Source of the DNA: the human T2T-CHM13v2.0 reference genome, Homo sapiens
Assembly: GCF_009914755.1 (NCBI RefSeq)
Contig: NC_060927.1
Direction: 5' to 3' (one strand)
DNA: 64,000 nt
Positions 56,833 through 64,000 of this stretch are shown here, in pieces (positions within the stretch are counted from its first letter, which is position 1; every line of letters begins with the position of its first letter). The translations under genes were made by a program, and so were the position numbers. The notes beneath the pieces are model-generated. The model had not been told where the DNA came from. It was given only the letters and a program-made list of their open reading frames with translations, and searched no databases.

Positions 56833-59800
56833 ATGTAACATCAATTGCTTGCATTTATTTAATTTTTGTAGTTACTTTGTCTTTATGGTAAATTGCATTT
56901 GTGTACCATTTATAGACGTGATATTTTTGTAGCAATTAATTTCTTTTGCAAGTAGATTATATTTAAAAGGAAAGTCCGTATAAAGAAAATACTATTTAAA
57001 CAACAGTTTAGGTATTTGTAGCATGTAGCTGTGATAAAAATCATGACAGTGGTTACAAATAGCTGGATTTTGATAAATAATGAAAAGGCCAAAGTTGTAG
57101 ATGAAAATTACAAATTAGCACAGGCGGCAGTAATAGTTTAGATATTTTCTGGCTCTCAAAATATCAGATTTTTTAAAATCAGTATTTTTTACTAATTGTC
57201 TAAGCATTTTTAATGTCATGAAAAAAATAGAATCTCCCCATATTTTTATGCCTCTCCCTTTCTTCCTCAAAACCATGAAATGATTGTTCCATAGTCTAAA
57301 GCACTCATGGATAAAACAAAAAAAAAGAAAAAAGACCTTTTAGTCTCATAATTACCAAAGGAATAAGCAGAACCTTGAGAAAACAAGCTGGTGTTCAAGA
57401 AAATAATTTTCATTGCCAGCACCTAACCGCCGGCCTCTTTCTTAAGAAGAGGATGAGGCCCACAGGGTAATAAAAGGCTCTATAGAACCACATAAAAGTT
57501 CCACATGTGCTACTCCCTGAGTGGCCTTCAAGGGGGTTAGAGCTGGAGGGGGCCAGGGGACAGGGCTCAGAGCAAAAAAAAAAAAAATCTTACTTCCAGA
57601 GAAGCAACTCATCTTACACAAAAACTAATTAACATGACAGTTTCCTGTTTGCAGAAGATGTTGTTATCAGTGAAAAACAACAACAATAATAATTGTAATA
57701 ATAATAATAATATGAGCCCTAGCAGTTGGGGTTTCTGCAATTACAGTGTGAATTGCATGAGAGGATTATATGAAGTGCTCTTGGCTTGGAGGGGGAAGTA
57801 AGACGCTTGAGCTTGCAAGTCACAAGCAGCTGCTTCGGGGCCGTGCACCTGCCGGTTCCAAGGCTGTTTTCACCTCGAAAGGAAAACAGGCCCCTTCTCT
57901 TTCCCTTCACAGCCCCCAATCCAAAAACCACCGCAAAGAAGGAGGGAGAAATGGAGAGGGAAATGGGAAGGAGAGAAAGGCAGAAAAAATATAAAACTAA
58001 AGATGTTCTTCCATAGCAAGCAAGCAAGTTTCCCCACTTAGGAAGAAAATTGTGGGGCTGGAGAGCAAAGGGAAGGGCAGCAGGGAAGGGGGCAAGTGGG
58101 AGGGAATGACTTCATTTTAATGCAGCAACAGACAGAGTGCGATCTGATATTGGCAAAGTTTCAACGAAAATGGGGGGCGAGGGGGTGGGAGGAGAAGAAA
58201 GGTCTCTTTTACTGTTTCATGCTTCAAGTCTTCCCGAGAAGCATAAGCTCCGCTCGACATTCTGGGAATAGCAATGAGGCACACACAACAATCAAAACAC
58301 ACTAAATCTGTTTGATGATTCAAACACATCATGCATCTGCACCCACAAAATAGGACTTCAATTAAATAACCTTGCAGATTTGAACAGAAAAAGAAGGGAG
58401 AGCATGAGGGTTTGTAATTAGTAACTCCGAATACAAGCAGTTTTGTAAAAATTAGGTGTTTGCACACTACACTTCATTCTAAAGTGAGTTGTAAGCGTGT
58501 GCTGTTAGAGAGCTCAAGCAGTTCCTCCCTAACGTTTGCTTGAAGTTGTGTTTTCTGTCCTCACCAAGAAAACTATAGGAAGTTGTTTCAACCAGGCCTT
58601 TACCAAAGAAGTGAGAAAAAGTCTAAATGAGGCTTTTTTATACCCACATTCACACAAATAAATGCACATACACAGACTATTCTCAGTATTACAGTAAAAC
58701 CCTTTGTGGTTTACTAAAACAAAACAAAACACACACCCACACACACACAATAAACAGAAAAAGAATAAAAGCCCCACATCCCAGATCAGATCATGTATAA
58801 ACCACAATTTCTGTTCCCAAGAATTTTTGCTTCCAGGGATTCCTATTTCCACAGTAAGGGATAAGTTATTTCACTACATAAACATGATTTGGTCTTTGCA
58901 CATGTGACCTATCATATATGTTTGTATCCACACTGAACAATAACACACACAGTCTGCTGTGAACGATGTGCTTGAGTGCCCCAGAAAAGGCCTTTTTTGT
59001 TGTTGTTAGAGAGATCCAGATTCACCTATTTTCAGACTGACCTCCAAATAAGCTTGGCCTGGTCTCTGCTTGCTTTGAAAAAATCAAAAGGAAATAATTC
59101 ATATTGAAAAGTGGGAAAGTGTTTGTAGGGCTCTCTCTTTGGACTCTTAAAAACACTTCTCTCTTTTTTATTGAAAATTTATTCTACCCAGCAACCTAAA
59201 CACAAATCTGAAGGAATGGGAAGAAGATTGTGAAACTCACTAGGACTATGCTTCCTCCCCCAAAATGGCTCCAAATGCCACCATTCTCTGATTAAATTAA
59301 ACCTATTTCAAATATAACCATTTTTCTCAGTCTGGATCTCTGGGATTAATAAACAGACTGTTTGGCACAACAAGAAAGCCAAATTTGGGAATTAGTAAGA
59401 CATGAAAATTAACTAAATCATTGTTTGGGGTCTGAAAATATAAATGAATCACAAGAAGAGAGGCAAGAGTTCAAGAGAGGGAGCATATAGCTAAAATAAC
59501 TCAGCACATTCCTGTTTACAAGGAATTATTTGAGTAACTGGGGAATTTGAGCTATGGTAGACTTGATTCTTTTTTAGAAAGTATACAACTTTTGGTCAAA
59601 AACAGAGTTTAAAAGGGACCCAAGCCAGGAACATTGGACATGCTCATCAGTCACAGTGAAAATATGCCCATTTTGAAAGCCTGCAAGCCTCGCAGGCTCT
59701 TAAAATTGACAATTTGGTTAATCATGGAAGTGAAATTACCTGCACTCATGGTAACTTGTGGAATTTAAGGAGAAAAGCTAGACAGCATATTCTTTTCCCT

Positions 59801-60479
59801 CTGCCATGATTAAAATCCTCAAAGTGGTGAATCTCCAATAATGCACAGCTGCAATGGAAGCTCTTCAGAAAGTGAAGAGCATTTTTAGTCTACTCACAAC
59901 TTCTTCCCCCAAATCAAAACCCTCACCCCATAGTAAGGCACTACTGTTAATTGGAGTGTGTCCTATCAGGTGGTAGAAGGAGGAAAAGATGAAAAACCAT
60001 AGTGCTTCCTTACCTCCCACCCAGCCAGATTCAATTTATCTTTCAAGCTTCCATTTTCCTTCAAAAAGATTTTGCAGCTCATTCCATATTAATCTTTCTC
60101 CTTTTCAAATTGGTGCCATATAGAGTCTAGCACTCATCTGGTATTAATTCTACTTTGTGACACATTTTATTTTATTTTATTTCATATTTTTATTTAACTT
60201 TTAAAGCAGCATTTGCTCAAGTATATTACTAGGTGTTTCTTAACATGACTTTGTGGTCAGAATCTAGTATAGCTCGATTAAACAAAGTTGGACAAATTTT
60301 ACAGTAAAAATATTTCAAAGTAATTAATAAACTGATGTACATCATGACACTCCAAGTGGCATAGGTAGCAGTCAGTCTTCCCAGGCTTATTTAAATTAAA
60401 ATTTAAAAAAAGCCTTTAGCAGAAAAGATTTTCCAATCTCTATAACAGAGTTCCACTTAAGAATTAAGATCCAAAAGTT

Positions 60480-60760
60480 CACTTATTTGTTTGATTGTTA
60501 AGGCCACAAATACTTACCAAGTATCTGCTTTGCATCAGGCACAGCTATGCTAGGCATGAAGACATCACATGGGTAATTCCCAGGCCTACAGTCCAGTGAG
60601 GAAGACATAATAACAGCTTATCATAATGCAATGTGATGAGCTTAGTGACAGTGCTATGCATAGGATAATGTGAATGTCAACGGAGAAGTGCCTACCTAGT
60701 AGGAGAAGAATGATCAGGAAGTTAGAGAAAGGTTTCTTCATGGGGTGACCTCAAAAGGGA
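60480..60760 (-). mobile_element. L2 LINE fragment
   Basis: CAAATACTTACCAAGTATCTGCTTTGCATCAGGCACAG...TACAGTCCAGTGAGGAAGACA...ATCAGGAAG...AGGTTTCTTCATGGGGTGAC. Confidence 0.65.
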
Positions 60761-61717
60761 GAATGGCAGGGAGCTACCAAATTCCTGACATATGTATAAC
60801 AATTCACAATTTATAACATTTTTCTCATATATTATTACAATACTGCCTTTTTCGTATCCCCTTGAGCACTTGTATTGTATTTGATATCGTGAATTTATCT
60901 GTGCTTTAGTTTACCTTTCCAAGAAGGTGAATTTCCTTTAGAGTTTTCTCATATTTTTTTTTCTATCTGTGAAATGCATCTCACTAAACTCAGCCTTCAA
61001 CCTGAGGTCATAGTAAAAGAGAAATTAAGTTTGGGTCTCCCATATATGTCTTTTTTTTTCCATATATTCCTTAGAGCAAAAATTTTTGAGTGCTATTAAA
61101 TTTTCAAGAAACGAATAAGATAACATTTTTTCAAAAGAGTGAGATTTAAACATTCAAAGTCTGTGAACAGTTTAAATCACATGAAGAAAGTTTTTGTTTG
61201 TTCCTAATGAAGGTTTATTTGGAATTCTTTGCTGAAGTACAAAAGGGGAGACCTTGAACCCTGGAGGAGTCTGGCTTGACAAGGAGAAAGTAGTTTTGTC
61301 TATGGAAACCCTTAAAGATATTGCCACTGAAGGTAGGACCAAGGCTCACCTCATTGACTAATGGGTATGGTTAATCTTTCAGCCTACATGGTAATATCAT
61401 TTACAGCCCATGTTTTAACCATCCAAATCTGTTTGATAATAACCTGTGGTTTATTGACATTCAGTGATACACTGTTATCAGTTCTCATGATGTGTCATCT
61501 GCAGAGATGGCACCTCTTATTGCTCCTTTAAAATAAAAATTGAAGAACATCTAATTTTCTTCAGTGACATGTTAGACTCATGACAGCCTACATTCCTCCT
61601 TCTTTAGAATAATTTTTGAGAAAGAATATAAGTTAGGTCTTTCCCATCCCTACCAGGTGCAGGAAAGAAGACATCTTTCCTGCTCCCTCATCCCTGCATG
61701 TCTGCATGTCTGTGTAG

Positions 61718-62048
<331 letters not shown>

Positions 62049-62179
62049 TAAATCAATTACAGAAACTTGGTGGTGGGATCATGGGGTGGTGGAAGGCAGG
62101 GCAGCATGTGGGGAGCATAGCAATCGCTTCTATGCATGTGGCCGACTCTCCATTCATTCCGCAGTGAAGGGAGCAGCAC

Positions 62180-62640
62180 TACACTAGAAGTCAAACAGCC
62201 TGAGTCCTAGCCCAGCTCTCCCTCTTACTAACTGTGTGACTGTGTGACCTCTCTGCTCTAAAGCTTCATTTTTCCTTGTCTTCAAATGGAATGATAATGC
62301 CCTGCCAGTGTCATCCCTGGGATGCTTAAGAGAGGTTCAAATGAGTCAAAACAGGTGAAAGCACTGTGAAAAGTCTAAAGTGCCAAGTACTGTACCCGAG
62401 GCCTCTCTTGATTATGTACACTATTTGGGCAAGAGCTTGGGCCCAGGGTCGAACCCATCTGAGTTAGAATCCTGGCACTGTCTCCTGTCAACCGTATGAC
62501 CCTGCACAAGCTTCACTCTCTAAGCTTCATGTTCTTCATCTATAAAATGGAGAGCACTCACCCTCAAAGAGTTGTAAGGATTTAATGAGATCATAAATGT
62601 GGCACCCTGACAGTGTCTGGAATAGAGGTTTCTCAATGGA
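62180..62640 (+). mobile_element. Two adjacent MIR SINEs (~62180-62390 and ~62425-62640)
   Basis: CTTACTAACTGTGTGAC...TTCATTTTTCC...AAATGGAATGATAATG, and GAGTTAGAATCCTGGCACTG...CTTCATCTATAAAATGG...GGATTTAATGAGAT. Confidence 0.7.
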
Positions 62641-62754
62641 TGCTGGCTCATATCATTAGTGAAGAGCTACAGCTGTATGGATCAGATCACCCTTTGCTGC
62701 AGTGTGGGAGAATGAGACTCATCAAGTGTGCTTGGAAATCCCATCAGATGTAAA

Positions 62755-63015
62755 ATTCATATGTCACTTCCTCGTTGGAAGATTTTTCTCACTCCCCAAC
62801 CCCTGTGCAGTTTACTAGTCTCTCTCCCATACCACTTCTGTTTGAATATTCTATTGCGTTTAGTAGGCACCATTTTGTAATTTCTTTACTTACATGTGTC
62901 CTCTAGTAGACTGTAAGAAACTTGATGCTGGAACTCTGTACTGCTCATCTCAGAATCGTTCATGCCTAAGACAGTGCTCACCTCACAGTAGGCACTTAAT
63001 AAATGCTTTGGAATG
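62755..63015 (+). mobile_element. L2 LINE 3' end
   Basis: ATGTCACTTCCTC...CTAGTAGACTGTAAG...CCTAAGACAGTGC...CACAGTAGGCACTTAATAAATGCTT. Confidence 0.75.
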
Positions 63016-64000
63016 GGATATGTGAATATATGCTATTCTGCTGTAAGTCAGCCTTCAGATAAGTGATGGAGACATAAATATGAAGTGCTGTGACACAGGG
63101 GAAAAAGCAACATCCTCAGGGATTAGTAGAGGTTTCACTCCAGCATTCTCTCCCACTCTCTCTGCAGTGTCAAGTCAGAGAGATCTGATGCCTCTGCTAT
63201 GCAGTTCAGGCAAATATTCATAACTCAATTATTTTACTGGCCCTATAAAACCAATAAAAATGAAGCAAAATCATGCTGGAAATCAATATTTAAAATTCAG
63301 TTAACTCCATAGTTTACCAGATTTTGTATCCCTGATAAAATGTCACAAAATCCTGAACTCCAAAGAGAACAAACAGTGTCAGAATCAGGAAGGCTAAAGC
63401 TATTACTAGATGAAGTGGCTGTCTTCCCACACAGCATGATTTCCAGATATAACCACAAGACCCTGGCCTCTTGATAATTTATTCCCATTAATCTTTCCCT
63501 CTCTTCCTATCTAGCCTGACGTTCACGCCATCGTAAGTTTATATGCATTTGTGTGTATCTGAGGTGGGGCAGGCATGGGCTAAATGCAGCATCTTCAGAA
63601 AACACTTGGAAAAACTCCTGTTCTCTTTTCACATGCCTTTTCCCATTAGCATATTAACATCATCCGTGGCAATGTGCCTCATAATCATAAATATTATTAC
63701 TATTAACATAGAATAACTCATCAGGTCAGCTTTTTGGTCCCACAGAAGACAGCTTGGCCTTTAGGGAAAGAGATAGAGAGGTAGAATTTAATCACAGGCC
63801 TCAGGTTGCTGTGAGCTTGGAAACAGGTGCAGCCTGGAGAAGGTAGACCAAGGAGAGGTGACTTAATTAGAGCCTGGGCCCTGGGGACCTGGGGAGAAAG
63901 CCAAATAATGGAAATCAATGTCAGTATTCAATCTTGTTGTACCTTGCGTCTACTCACGATTCTGGTTTGCTGTTGTTGTTTTCAAGTAAGGCTTACTGAG

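Overview
This is AT-rich, gene-poor primate genomic DNA, almost certainly human: it carries one AluYb8 and one AluYb9 element, both from human-specific subfamilies. I find no intact protein-coding gene, tRNA, rRNA or CRISPR array. The ORF track is almost entirely repeat-derived noise. The first ~22 kb is a dense nest of retroelements. An apparently full-length old L1MA-type LINE (minus strand, ~4160-14715, degenerate TSD still readable) hosts an AluYb8, an EIF4E processed pseudogene covering the whole CDS, an AluS and a 5'-truncated THE1 MaLR. It is followed by ERVL-class pol remnants with an LTR16-like LTR, an L1PB1 3' fragment, further Alus and an MLT1D. The remaining ~42 kb is mostly unique sequence with scattered MIR, L2, hAT and Alu elements and several motif-dense segments that resemble developmental enhancers. 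The most unusual local signals are a palindromic 27-bp minisatellite born inside L1PB1 (16561-16663), several other fold-back hairpin scars, a (GGAA)15 microsatellite, two young AluYb elements each with a mismatched TSD, a three-arm Alu inside a single TSD, and a closely spaced inverted Alu pair. Subfamily names come from my recall of consensus sequences, not from a database search. Boundaries of old repeats are approximate. I do not see evidence of a new multi-gene biological system here.
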